64,000 nt of DNA from assembly GCA_048938025.1 (NCBI GenBank), contig JBHLMP010000005.1, positions 32,001 through 96,000 of the forward strand, given 5' to 3'. The notes beneath the pieces were generated by a model. It made no database searches. It worked only from the letters and a program-made list of their open reading frames with translations, and had not been told where the DNA came from. Made by a program: the position numbers and the translations under genes. Positions 9,267 to 18,473 of this stretch are shown piece after piece. Each line of letters opens with the position of its first letter. Within the stretch, counting starts at the first letter, position 1. Source of the DNA: Promethearchaeota archaeon (lineage in GTDB: Archaea; Asgardarchaeota; Lokiarchaeia; Sigyniarchaeales; SOKP01).

Positions 9267-9611
9267 ATGGAAAAACATTATTGCCGAATCATTGAAGGGT
9301 ATAAAGCAGCTTACCCGGATCCACTAAGATTTACTAAAGGAGAGATTTTAAAAATTGAAATGAAAGAGAGTAAATGGAGTGGTTGGGTATGGTGCATAAA
9401 TGAATTGGGAAAAGGCCGTTGGATACCAGAAAATTATCTCGAAATTTATGAGGATACTTGTAAAGTTTTGAGAGATTATGAAGCTACCGAACTTACGGTA
9501 AAAGAAGGTGATAAATTAGAAATTAAAGAAATAGAAAGTGATTGGATTTGGGCTGTTAATAAGGAAGGGAAACAGGGCTGGGTTCCCTTAAAATGTGTCC
9601 AATTACTTTAA
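9267..9611 (+). CDS. Tandem SH3-domain protein
   Basis: Two SH3-like repeats: Y.A.Y..L.F.KGE..GW.W..GRWIPENYL and DYEATELTVKEGD..W..GWVP. Confidence 0.85.
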   Translation: MEKHYCRIIEGYKAAYPDPLRFTKGEILKIEMKESKWSGWVWCINELGKGRWIPENYLEIYEDTCKVLRDYEATELTVKEGDKLEIKEIESDWIWAVNKEGKQGWVPLKCVQLL

Positions 9612-9662
9612 AAATAAAGATATAGTAATTTTAAAAAGAAAATAAAAAGAAATTTATAATGT

Positions 9663-10496
9663 TTAACATACTATAGGTGGTTCTGGAGGATTACCTAACA
9701 GTTCCATCATCATCTGTTGGAAATTATCAAAATGCCCTGGTAGTGTTTTTTGGACAAAAAATGCCTCGGCTGCCTTTAGATTAACTTTCCTCCCTAGAGT
9801 AGTTGATATTGATTTTAAGAGTCGTTCAGCATAGTTAGTAAGTTTCTTTAATTCTTCTGGAGACACATTAGAAGGATCAATGTCAGATATAAATAATCGA
9901 GCTAAAAGTTCAAATGTAGCTTCAAATTTAAGTGCTGCTTTAACTTTTATTTCAATGGTCGAAGAAATGTCAACAAAACAGTTTGGTACATGCCCAAGTA
10001 ATCCCATAAACCAGACTTCAGAACAAGCATAAGGAATGATATCATTTTTAATTTGCTCGGAATATAATAATGGAAATGCCGCAAAAGCACCAGCTTCTGC
10101 TGCCATACGTCCTACTATTACATGATCTGGATGAACTTCATAAGAAACCCATGGATCAAAAGTAACAATTCTATCTGCTTTTAGTTTCCTAACATAATAA
10201 ACCAGTCTTTCACGTAATTTGGCACCATCTATAAATCCGGCATCTGGATAACCAAGCATTATAGTATCTTTCACTCCGAGTATCTCATTTGCAGCTCTTA
10301 GTTCCTTTTCTCTCATTTCAGCAACATCTTTCTTAGTTAAATCTGTTCTTAATGTACCCACATCGCCAGTGGTGACACAAAGGGTGTATATATTATGCCC
10401 CTCTTCTGCCCATTTGGCTATTGTTCCTGCACAGAATAAGGTTAAATCATCAGGATGAGCAAAAATGGCAAGAATATTCAATGGTTTTGGTTCTAT
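9663..10496 (-). CDS. PIG-L/LmbE family deacetylase
   Basis: AHPDD and HPDH motifs; start is TTG 10481 or ATA 10496 (5 nt after GGTGA). Confidence 0.88.
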   Translation of the reverse strand: MEPKPLNILAIFAHPDDLTLFCAGTIAKWAEEGHNIYTLCVTTGDVGTLRTDLTKKDVAEMREKELRAANEILGVKDTIMLGYPDAGFIDGAKLRERLVYYVRKLKADRIVTFDPWVSYEVHPDHVIVGRMAAEAGAFAAFPLLYSEQIKNDIIPYACSEVWFMGLLGHVPNCFVDISSTIEIKVKAALKFEATFELLARLFISDIDPSNVSPEELKKLTNYAERLLKSISTTLGRKVNLKAAEAFFVQKTLPGHFDNFQQMMMELLGNPPEPPIVC

Positions 10497-10618
10497 TTAA
10501 ATCACCTTTTTTTAAATTAAATTAAAGATCTATGAATGAAATAAAAATACTTTATAGATTTATAAATAATTATACTTGGGTACTTACAAATTATAGCAAA
10601 ATATACTATAATAAAAGT

Positions 10619-11362
10619 ATGAATAATAGCAATATTAAAGCTCTAATTAGTACATCAGGTTGGATGTATAATCATTGGAAAGGTCCTTTTTATCCAGAAA
10701 AATTTCCTAATAATAAAATGCTCAAATATTATGTAAATCATTTTGAAACTGTTGAAGTTAATAGTACATTCTATAGACTCCCGTCTATAAATACTGTCCA
10801 AAAATGGATGAATGAAACTCCAGAACATTTTATTTTTGCTATAAAAGCTAATCAATTTATTACACATAGAAAGTATCTTAAGGATGGCCAAGAAACTACT
10901 AAAAAATTTTTTGATGTTATTAAAATATTGAACCATAAGCTAGGGCCTATTTTATTCCAGCTCCCACCAAATTGGAGAATTAATATTGAAAGGTTAAAAG
11001 AGTTTATTGAAATTCTTCCAAAACAGTATTTATATACCTTCGAAATTAGGCATACAAGTTGGTATTTTCAAGAGGTCTTTGATTTATTTAAAAAACATAA
11101 CATTGCATTATGTATTCATGATTTTACAGGGGATTTATTACTAGAAAAAATTACTGCTGATTTTGTTTATATAAGATTTCATGGACCAATCAGTTACTAT
11201 TACGGGAAATATTCTCCTGATCATCTTAATCAATGGGCTGAGAAAATTTATGAATGGTTAAAACAAAAGATCAAAGTATTTGCTTACTTTAATAATGATG
11301 CTCATGGATGGGCTGTAGAAAATGCCTTAGAGATAAATAAAATACTAAATAAATATAGCTGA
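10619..11362 (+). CDS. DUF72 family protein
   Basis: TSGW.Y, VEVNSTFY, LFQLPP, YIRFHG and YFNND motifs. Confidence 0.9.
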   Translation: MNNSNIKALISTSGWMYNHWKGPFYPEKFPNNKMLKYYVNHFETVEVNSTFYRLPSINTVQKWMNETPEHFIFAIKANQFITHRKYLKDGQETTKKFFDVIKILNHKLGPILFQLPPNWRINIERLKEFIEILPKQYLYTFEIRHTSWYFQEVFDLFKKHNIALCIHDFTGDLLLEKITADFVYIRFHGPISYYYGKYSPDHLNQWAEKIYEWLKQKIKVFAYFNNDAHGWAVENALEINKILNKYS

Positions 11363-11466
11363 AGTTATAAAAGCATGTTATGAAGAATAAGAGTAAATAT
11401 ATTTACATAATTGTTAAAAGCGTAAAAAACCATAACCTTTTATAAAAGAAAAAACGAGAAAAAGTT

Positions 11467-12306
11467 ATGTTAGAAAAATTGAAAGAAACCTCTTTAACTA
11501 AATTATTATTGATAATAATACTTACCTGGATTATTTTAGCAATTATCTTCGGATTTACAGATTTAGAAATTTCTAAAGCAGTTGTAGATAGAGATTTCTT
11601 ATTAGCGAAATTCTTATATTTTTTTGAAGCCCCAGGTTGGGGTTTAGCCTTTGCAACTGGAGCACTATTGATAGGAAGCTATATTGAAGATATAAAAAAG
11701 CAAAAAATTCCAGCAATTGTATTTATTGGGATTGGATTGATCATAATCACAATTTCTATATTTCTTTGGAATTCGTGGTTGCTTAATTTGAGTGCAGGAA
11801 TGGCAATCGCCAATCTAATCCTTCTAATTATATTTCTAAATAAAGATTATAGAGAATATAGAAAAATTGCTACAATATTCGTAGCACTTTCTATTATCAA
11901 CTCATTATTATTTGTACAGGTTACTAAACTATTATGTGGAAGGATTCGTTTTAATAATTTAGCATCTGGTTATAACGATTATACTCCTTGGTTTCTTCCT
12001 CCCGGACCAGGTTTTGGTAATTTTAGTTTTCCAAGCGGTCATACTGCTCAAGCTTGGTTATTCTTACCTTTCTTAATCTTAGTAAAAGATCGAAAGTGGA
12101 AAGATCCTCTTAGAATTATTGTTACAATACTTACAATGACATGGGGCTCGTTAGTGGGGGTTAGTACCATTATAATTGGTGCTCATTTTGCATCAGATGT
12201 CCTATTTTCAACGGGAGTAGCAGCAGTTTTGACGATTTTACTCTATAGTAAATTTTATATTGCAAAAGGAAAAATATCTCAAATTATAAATGAAAAATCC
12301 AAATAG
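11467..12306 (+). CDS. PAP2 family membrane phosphatase
   Basis: K..GRIR, SFPSGH and AHFASDV motifs with TM helices. Confidence 0.88.
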   Translation: MLEKLKETSLTKLLLIIILTWIILAIIFGFTDLEISKAVVDRDFLLAKFLYFFEAPGWGLAFATGALLIGSYIEDIKKQKIPAIVFIGIGLIIITISIFLWNSWLLNLSAGMAIANLILLIIFLNKDYREYRKIATIFVALSIINSLLFVQVTKLLCGRIRFNNLASGYNDYTPWFLPPGPGFGNFSFPSGHTAQAWLFLPFLILVKDRKWKDPLRIIVTILTMTWGSLVGVSTIIIGAHFASDVLFSTGVAAVLTILLYSKFYIAKGKISQIINEKSK

Positions 12307-12314
12307 ATATATAA

Positions 12315-13421
12315 TTAAAGTTTTACCATCGTCCCACATTGGGGACAAGTATTTACTTTCTCTGTTAATTTCATCCCACAAAATCTACAGGTATAAGAAA
12401 ATTCTTTAGGTACTTCTTCTTCCTCTTTTATATGAGAAACCTCAATTATTGGCTTTTTTTCCTCTTTTTTTGAAATTGGTGGAGTAGGTTGCATTTCTAC
12501 AGTTTTTTTTTGAGGAACTTCTGTTATCACATTCTCTACTTTTGAGATTGGCGAAGTTGGTTGTACATCGTCAGTTTTTATCTGTGGGACTTCCATTATT
12601 GGCTTCTTTTCCTCTTTTTCTAAAAGTGGTGGAGTGGGTTGTATTTCTTCAAATTTTACACCACAATTATTACAAAATTTTGACTCTAAGGGTATTTTCT
12701 GTCCACAGTGAGGACAAGTTTTCATTGGTTTCTCTTCTATTTTCTCTGGGATTGATGGAATCGGTTCTAGCTCTTCTGCTTTTTTTTGATAAACATCAGC
12801 TACAAAATAATGAAGTTCTTCATTACGTAAAGTTGAATCTATTTTTCCATTGGTTATCAAATTATTTAAAATCATTCGAAGATTTTCTCTGATATATTTT
12901 CTTTCATTATGTGTTATTACAGAATTTTCTAATCTTACACCCAAAGCAGAAACTGTGAGCGCAGATCCTTTATTTTCTTTTAAATAATTATATACAATAT
13001 TTTCGATGTTTTTCATAGAGATTTCAGATTTTTGTTCTTGGCTTATAGGTGGTTTTGCACTTACAGCAGCAATAAATGTTACTATAGCACTCAAGACCCA
13101 AATTATTGTTTCCATACTATAATATAATCCCCCATAAGAATTAAAAAAAAAGAGAAATGATACAATAAGAATCACACCATTTATAAAATATAACATACGT
13201 GCGTTCCAAGGTAAATCTCTTCCTGTATCAAAAATGTTTTTACTAGTATATGCATAATCTGTAGAATCCCAATAAATCGCAATAAATTGTATGATAATAC
13301 AGACTATATATAATGTAATTACTGTGTTGATAATTGGGATATAATACAACAAATATTGTAAAAAAATTAAAATAAATAGTAGAAGAATGCCATAAAAAGC
13401 AAATTTAATTGATTCCTTAAT
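12315..13421 (-). CDS. Membrane protein with two zinc ribbons and a Pro/Glu-rich repeat linker
   Basis: N-terminal TMs; CPHCG..CNNCG and CRFCG..CPQCG; three QPTxP..EV repeats; the first TM lies upstream of TTG 13352 (ATT 13421 or ATA 13424). Confidence 0.7.
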   Translation of the reverse strand: MKESIKFAFYGILLLFILIFLQYLLYYIPIINTVITLYIVCIIIQFIAIYWDSTDYAYTSKNIFDTGRDLPWNARMLYFINGVILIVSFLFFFNSYGGLYYSMETIIWVLSAIVTFIAAVSAKPPISQEQKSEISMKNIENIVYNYLKENKGSALTVSALGVRLENSVITHNERKYIRENLRMILNNLITNGKIDSTLRNEELHYFVADVYQKKAEELEPIPSIPEKIEEKPMKTCPHCGQKIPLESKFCNNCGVKFEEIQPTPPLLEKEEKKPIMEVPQIKTDDVQPTSPISKVENVITEVPQKKTVEMQPTPPISKKEEKKPIIEVSHIKEEEEVPKEFSYTCRFCGMKLTEKVNTCPQCGTMVKL

Positions 13422-13586
13422 TATAAGTCAACTTTTATTATTTTGATTGTAGTCTATTTATATAATTACATTTTATATATCGAACGTTTTAGTATATAAA
13501 TTTTTATTAGGAGTAGTAAGTCATTGAGAAAAATATGTAAAAAAAAAATGACTTTTATTTAAATCAATAGATCGTGATTGATTACT

Positions 13587-14051
13587 TTATTTGTCTGTAA
13601 TTATATCGAATTCTATTAGATTTTCTAGTATTTTTTCTAAATAATTCTCGAAATCATCTATTTCTTCGTCGCTAAATTTGTTGTAGAATAATTTTCCCAT
13701 TTCACGAGAAACATCTACATATTTATCTTGTAATAATCTATTCTTTTCTGTTAAAGCAATTAGAATTTCTCGCCTATCTTTTTTTGATGGAACTCGTTTA
13801 ATAAATCCTGCCATTTCAAGATTATCCAGCATCGATGTTAAGGTAGATTTACTATATTGCGTTTTCTCTACAAGTTCATGAATAGGTATATTATCCTTCT
13901 GCCAAAGAACAAACATAATTCTACCTTGAGCAGGATTAAATTCATCAAGTTTATGATCCTTTAGAATCCTAGCAAATATTCTCTGAGATAATTGATGAAT
14001 TTTAGATATCAGAAAGCCGCCTTGTCGTTGTTGTTTCATTGTTTCCTTCAT
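13587..14051 (-). CDS. MarR family transcriptional regulator
   Basis: KSTLTSMLDNLE..GFIKR..DRR..LT motif. Confidence 0.9.
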   Translation of the reverse strand: MKETMKQQRQGGFLISKIHQLSQRIFARILKDHKLDEFNPAQGRIMFVLWQKDNIPIHELVEKTQYSKSTLTSMLDNLEMAGFIKRVPSKKDRREILIALTEKNRLLQDKYVDVSREMGKLFYNKFSDEEIDDFENYLEKILENLIEFDIITDK

Positions 14052-14509
14052 AATTCAAAATTAACTAGATTTAATTTGTAATAAAATCTGGCATGTTTTG
14101 GATTTAATATGAGTAATGTGTAATCTGGATCATCCACTCCCTCTTTATAATATCTTGTCCACCAATCAAGCCATATGGTTCTTTTAAGTTCTTTATCATT
14201 AACGATTTCCACTAATCCTCTGAACATAACCCCTTTAAAATCTTCTGGATCACAATAATAAACGTTAATTTTGGGGTTATTTTTTATATGAGCAACCTTG
14301 GACGACGATGTATTAGTTCCAATATAGATTGCAAATTTGTTTTCTTGCTCTTGAAAAAAAGTAGAAAATTCTGGAAATTGTTCCTTATTTCTAAGATTAA
14401 ACATTGCCCTTGTTATAGGAAAACCATCAGAATCGATTGTTGTAAGATATGCCGCTTTAGATGTTTCCATCAACTCTAAACTCTGTTTTTTTACTTCTTC
14501 AATATCCAT
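14048..14509 (-). CDS. Pyridoxamine 5'-phosphate oxidase-like FMN-binding protein (general stress protein 26 type)
   Basis: LTTID.DGFP.TR, SSKVAHIKNNP and GVDDPDY motifs. Confidence 0.85.
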   Translation of the reverse strand: MDIEEVKKQSLELMETSKAAYLTTIDSDGFPITRAMFNLRNKEQFPEFSTFFQEQENKFAIYIGTNTSSSKVAHIKNNPKINVYYCDPEDFKGVMFRGLVEIVNDKELKRTIWLDWWTRYYKEGVDDPDYTLLILNPKHARFYYKLNLVNFEL

Positions 14510-14536
14510 TTAAATTGCCTCCCAATTAAATAATTT

Positions 14537-14875
14537 TCATAGATTTTTTCGAATTTCTTCTAGATTTTGCTTGGCTGAAGGGCTTTTTTCAAAACACTTT
14601 TTTAAATTATCGCAGACGTACTCCTCGCAATAAGCACAATTTTCATAACCTTTCTCCCTACAGCAATTTCTTATATCGCATTCATTACACCAACTAAAAA
14701 TTCTTCCTTCACTATTACAACCGTCACAATAGATATCCTCTGGTTTAAAAGACATCGTCTCACCAGACCATTCTTTAGCAATTCTTTTTATTTCTTCTTT
14801 ATCTCCTTTTTGAGTAGCTATGTATGCGGGACATTCAGCACAATTAAGTCCGCAATATACTATTATTTTATCCAT
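14537..14875 (-). CDS. DUF3795 family Cys-rich protein
   Basis: CGLNCAECP, CDGC and C.IRNC..NCAYC motifs. Confidence 0.85.
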   Translation of the reverse strand: MDKIIVYCGLNCAECPAYIATQKGDKEEIKRIAKEWSGETMSFKPEDIYCDGCNSEGRIFSWCNECDIRNCCREKGYENCAYCEEYVCDNLKKCFEKSPSAKQNLEEIRKNL

Positions 14876-14907
14876 AATTCTATTCCTCTTTTTTTTTCTA
14901 TTTTTTA

Positions 14908-15474
14908 TTATTTTGTTTTATAACTATTTCCTATATCATAGGCATTTGCGAGATATTCTCCAACTCTCAAATACGGACCATCAGGCATTAAGAATATAAA
15001 TAAATCCATTTTTTTAAAATCTGGTTTATTTTCAGTTAGATATTTCTCTTCTGTGTAAACTTCAACAATTTCCCCTATAAATAATTCTGTTCTTTCAAGT
15101 TCTATTGTTCTAACCAATTTACACTCTATATTCAAAGGACAATCTTTTATCATCGGTGCCCTTTTAAGATCTCCATAAAATACTTCAAATACTTCGGATT
15201 TATCAACTTCAGAACCTGAATGTAAACCAACATAGTCGGTTACCATAACCATATCAGCAGAAGGTATATTAATGCTAAAAGCTTCATTTTCCTTAATACC
15301 CTTATTAGTATAATGTCTTTTTGACATTGCAACGCCAATCTGAGAAGGTGGAGAATTCAAAAGGTTAAACCAAACTATCGTGTTAAAATTTGGTTTACCA
15401 TCAACATGAGCCCCTATTATACATACTGGCAGTGGTAAAAGGGGCAATTCCATTCCTGTTTTTATCTTATTGAT
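14908..15474 (-). CDS. Flavin reductase family protein (flavoredoxin-like)
   Basis: GKPNF, FSINIP, APMIKDCPLNIEC and FIGEI motifs; start is ATG 15453 or ATC 15474. Confidence 0.88.
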   Translation of the reverse strand: MNKIKTGMELPLLPLPVCIIGAHVDGKPNFNTIVWFNLLNSPPSQIGVAMSKRHYTNKGIKENEAFSINIPSADMVMVTDYVGLHSGSEVDKSEVFEVFYGDLKRAPMIKDCPLNIECKLVRTIELERTELFIGEIVEVYTEEKYLTENKPDFKKMDLFIFLMPDGPYLRVGEYLANAYDIGNSYKTK

Positions 15475-15632
15475 TTTTCACACCTTAATCTATTATTAAC
15501 ATTGACTCTTGTCTTTTCAAACAGTTCAGAAACCCTTTTTCTCCTTATTTCAGTATCATTATCTTTCTGAGTTCTTCCATTATTGAGAAACTCAAAATAA
15601 ATATTTTCACAAGAATATCTAGTCTTATCCAT
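15462..15632 (-). CDS. 56-aa small ORF heading the MarR operon (MDKTRYSCENIY...CEKSIR)
   Basis: ATG at 15632, about 22 nt below the operator; open to TAA at 15462; below the ORF-track cutoff. Confidence 0.45.
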   Translation of the reverse strand: MDKTRYSCENIYFEFLNNGRTQKDNDTEIRRKRVSELFEKTRVNVNNRLRCEKSIR

Positions 15633-15654
15633 TTTTTTGATCTATTTTAATAAT

Positions 15655-15683
15655 GTTCTATATCGAACTGTTCTATATAGAAC
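15655..15683. promoter_or_regulatory. Tandem palindromic operator GTTCTATATCGAAC-T-GTTCTATATAGAAC
   Basis: Perfect 14-bp palindrome at 15670-15683 plus a 13/14 copy at 15655-15668, between a TTTAAATA box (~15700) and the operon. Confidence 0.75.
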
Positions 15684-15758
15684 TATATTATACTTTCATA
15701 TTTAAATATATCGATCTAAAAGGGAAAAACTCTTATATTCTACTTTGCTTTTTAGCAT

Positions 15759-17279
15759 TCATTTGAGAAAGTTTTCCCCATCCTTTAAAAGTAAAGTTTT
15801 ATCAAAATTTTCCGCAAACCACTCTGGATTATCCGTGTGTACTGGAATAATAACATCAGGATCAATTGTCTCAATTGCCCATCTAATGTCATTTTGTGAT
15901 GCATGTCCAGAAGCGTGAAATCCTCTACTGAATTCAGGTTTTAATCGACCTTCTTCTTTAATAATCTCAAACCCGAATATTTTAAATCCAAAGTGCTCAA
16001 GCCATTTACCTAATCTTATAAAATCAAATTCAGATTCTTCCTCAAATGCTTCACTTGAAGAATAGATATAAGTACCATTTGTTGGTTTTATGTCCAATAA
16101 GTTTTTTAAATCATAAAGAGAGAAACATAATATATATCTATTAGGCTCTTTCGCAACATTTATTGGGTTTATGTAATTAATATCTTCCTTATTTTTAAGA
16201 TATTTTTCCTCCCAATTCTGAGATTTTACTTTTAATGTATTAAAAATTAAGACATCTTTTAACCTTTTTATCCCATCAACCATCTCAAGAGCTTTTAGTA
16301 AGAAAGCATTCTTTGCGGTTATTACTAATTTTTTTTCTACTTTATTTGCTATCTCTCGAAAAGTTTCTAATCGTTCGAAATTCCTAGCAGAAAAATCTGC
16401 AACGATGAGATCTTTTGAATTTTCAACAACATCTAGGCAATTATTAAAAACTATATTTTCAGATTCATTAATATCTTCTCTCGTTGCTCTTGTTCCTTCA
16501 ATAATTAAAATTGAAGCATCCTTTGCGCTTTTAATGAAATTCTTGCTTTTATCACCCATTTTACCATGTAAGCGAAAATCACCAGTATAAGCAATAGAAT
16601 TATCCCCACTGACTATGAACCCTGTTGCCCCATAAATAGAATGATCCACCTCAAAAGCTTTAATTTCGAATGTAGTAGAGAGTTCATCTAAATAATATAG
16701 CTCTCCTCTTTCAAAATCTTTTCCTTTTTTAATACAAGTAGATAAGAACTTTTCCATAGAATCCAAATAATTATAAGTACTGTAAAATGTTCTACATTTT
16801 CCTGGTTTACTACCTGATTTTAAAATTCTATCATCATCTGCTGGAACTCTTTCAAAAAAATAAGTAACTTCATTATTCAGACTAGCTTTTGAGCTATCTA
16901 ATATACCCTTAAGTAATACTATAGTTGTAGGTGACGCAACAATGGGAATATTAGGATCAAGCAAAGAAATATTGCCAAAATGATCCATATGTGCATGGCT
17001 GAGTAAAACCGCATCAATTTTTAGTGAAGGATATAATGATACATTAAGATCAGAAGGAATGAGATCTTTTCGATAAATATTTAGCTTAGGAATAAGATCC
17101 AAATGGACAAGATCATGAATCCCGCGTGTAGGACGTTCTTTGAGAAATTCTTGAAAATATTCGCCATATTTCTTAAAATTCATACCGAAATCAAGAAATA
17201 AACCATTATCTCTTTCCTGCACATAAATCTTTGTCCCTCCAATTGTTTCTGACCCATCAAATACAGTTATTGATGTCAT
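15759..17279 (-). CDS. MBL/beta-CASP ribonuclease (RNase J-like)
   Basis: LDFG, SHAHMDH, VDHSI, YTGDFR, HASGH and PVH motifs. Confidence 0.85.
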   Translation of the reverse strand: MTSITVFDGSETIGGTKIYVQERDNGLFLDFGMNFKKYGEYFQEFLKERPTRGIHDLVHLDLIPKLNIYRKDLIPSDLNVSLYPSLKIDAVLLSHAHMDHFGNISLLDPNIPIVASPTTIVLLKGILDSSKASLNNEVTYFFERVPADDDRILKSGSKPGKCRTFYSTYNYLDSMEKFLSTCIKKGKDFERGELYYLDELSTTFEIKAFEVDHSIYGATGFIVSGDNSIAYTGDFRLHGKMGDKSKNFIKSAKDASILIIEGTRATREDINESENIVFNNCLDVVENSKDLIVADFSARNFERLETFREIANKVEKKLVITAKNAFLLKALEMVDGIKRLKDVLIFNTLKVKSQNWEEKYLKNKEDINYINPINVAKEPNRYILCFSLYDLKNLLDIKPTNGTYIYSSSEAFEEESEFDFIRLGKWLEHFGFKIFGFEIIKEEGRLKPEFSRGFHASGHASQNDIRWAIETIDPDVIIPVHTDNPEWFAENFDKTLLLKDGENFLK

Positions 17280-17380
17280 TTTTATAAAATCTTATAATCT
17301 TTAATTAAAAAATAAAATTAAAGAAATAAAAATTAAACCCTAAATTATTATTAATTTACAAATCTTATGGATGGGTAATT

Positions 17381-18184
17381 TTACTCTAAACCTTTAATTT
17401 CTTTCGGAGTTCGTGGTGGAGAGCGAACAAACTTAACGGCAGGATATCCTATTATGAAAGCCCCGATTCTTTTTCCATCAATATTAGCTAACTTTTTAAT
17501 TTCAGAATTAGAATTCATTGCAATTTGAGACCAACCATTCCAGCACGTACCTAGGCCAAGTGCTTGAGCAGCTAATCTTCCATATGTAATAATAATTCCT
17601 ATATTATTTGCCTCTACTTCATGATCATTGGGAGAATCTATGAAAATTACATGGGGAGCATCAAAAAATATAGGACTGCGAAATGCTTTTCCAAGAATTC
17701 GAAGAATTCGTGCGTCTCTTTCCTTTGTTAAAGGATGATTAGATAATTCTTCTTGAATAGCATCAGAAAGCTTTTTTATTAGTTCACTATCTGATATAAT
17801 CGAAAAGTTCTCTGTTCTTCTATTATCTCCAGTAGGAGCATTTTCCATTGCTTGAAAAACTTTCTTCAGTATTTCAAGTGGAACCTTTTTCTTTTTATAA
17901 AGCCGAACTGATCTATTCGCTCTAAGAAATTTATAAATAGTATCGTATGAAGCTATTGTTTCAGGTTTAGCAACACCTTCATATTCAAATGCTTCTCCCA
18001 TACCTTCGTGCTGAACAGCATCCTCAGGACATCTAGCAATGCAATGAGCGCATAAATTACATAAGTTATAAGGATCACTAAAGATAACTTTTTCTTGCTC
18101 CTTATCCCATCTAAACATATAGCATGTAGTTAAGCAGATTCTACAATTACTACATTTCTCATAATCTATTCCTAATATTGACAT
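17381..18184 (-). CDS. Nitroreductase with N-terminal 4Fe-4S ferredoxin domain
   Basis: CxxCxxCxxxC twice; RSVR, APTGDN and LGLGTCW motifs. Confidence 0.9.
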   Translation of the reverse strand: MSILGIDYEKCSNCRICLTTCYMFRWDKEQEKVIFSDPYNLCNLCAHCIARCPEDAVQHEGMGEAFEYEGVAKPETIASYDTIYKFLRANRSVRLYKKKKVPLEILKKVFQAMENAPTGDNRRTENFSIISDSELIKKLSDAIQEELSNHPLTKERDARILRILGKAFRSPIFFDAPHVIFIDSPNDHEVEANNIGIIITYGRLAAQALGLGTCWNGWSQIAMNSNSEIKKLANIDGKRIGAFIIGYPAVKFVRSPPRTPKEIKGLE

Positions 18185-18328
18185 AATTATTGAATTTTAA
18201 TTTTAAAATATAAAAATGAAAATCATACTTTAAATTAGTATTTTTACATCAAATAAATATTTTAATGAACCTGCTTATGACATGTGTTGTTGGTAATTAT
18301 ATTAGTCTAAAATTCTGAAAATTTCCTT

Positions 18329-18373
18329 TTTGATATATTCCTATTTGATATATTCTTATTTGATATACTAAAA
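18329..18373. repeat. Three 15-bp direct repeats (TTTGATATATTCCTA-like) in a divergent promoter region
   Basis: TTTGATATATTCCTA / TTTGATATATTCTTA / TTTGATATACTAAAA. Confidence 0.7.
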
Positions 18374-18473
18374 TAAGCCTTATTGAATATTTATTAATTT
18401 TTTTAGCTAATTTTAATAAGATTAATAAATTAGCAAGAATAGTTAAATACTTAATAGAGGAAAAGGTGTTTCC

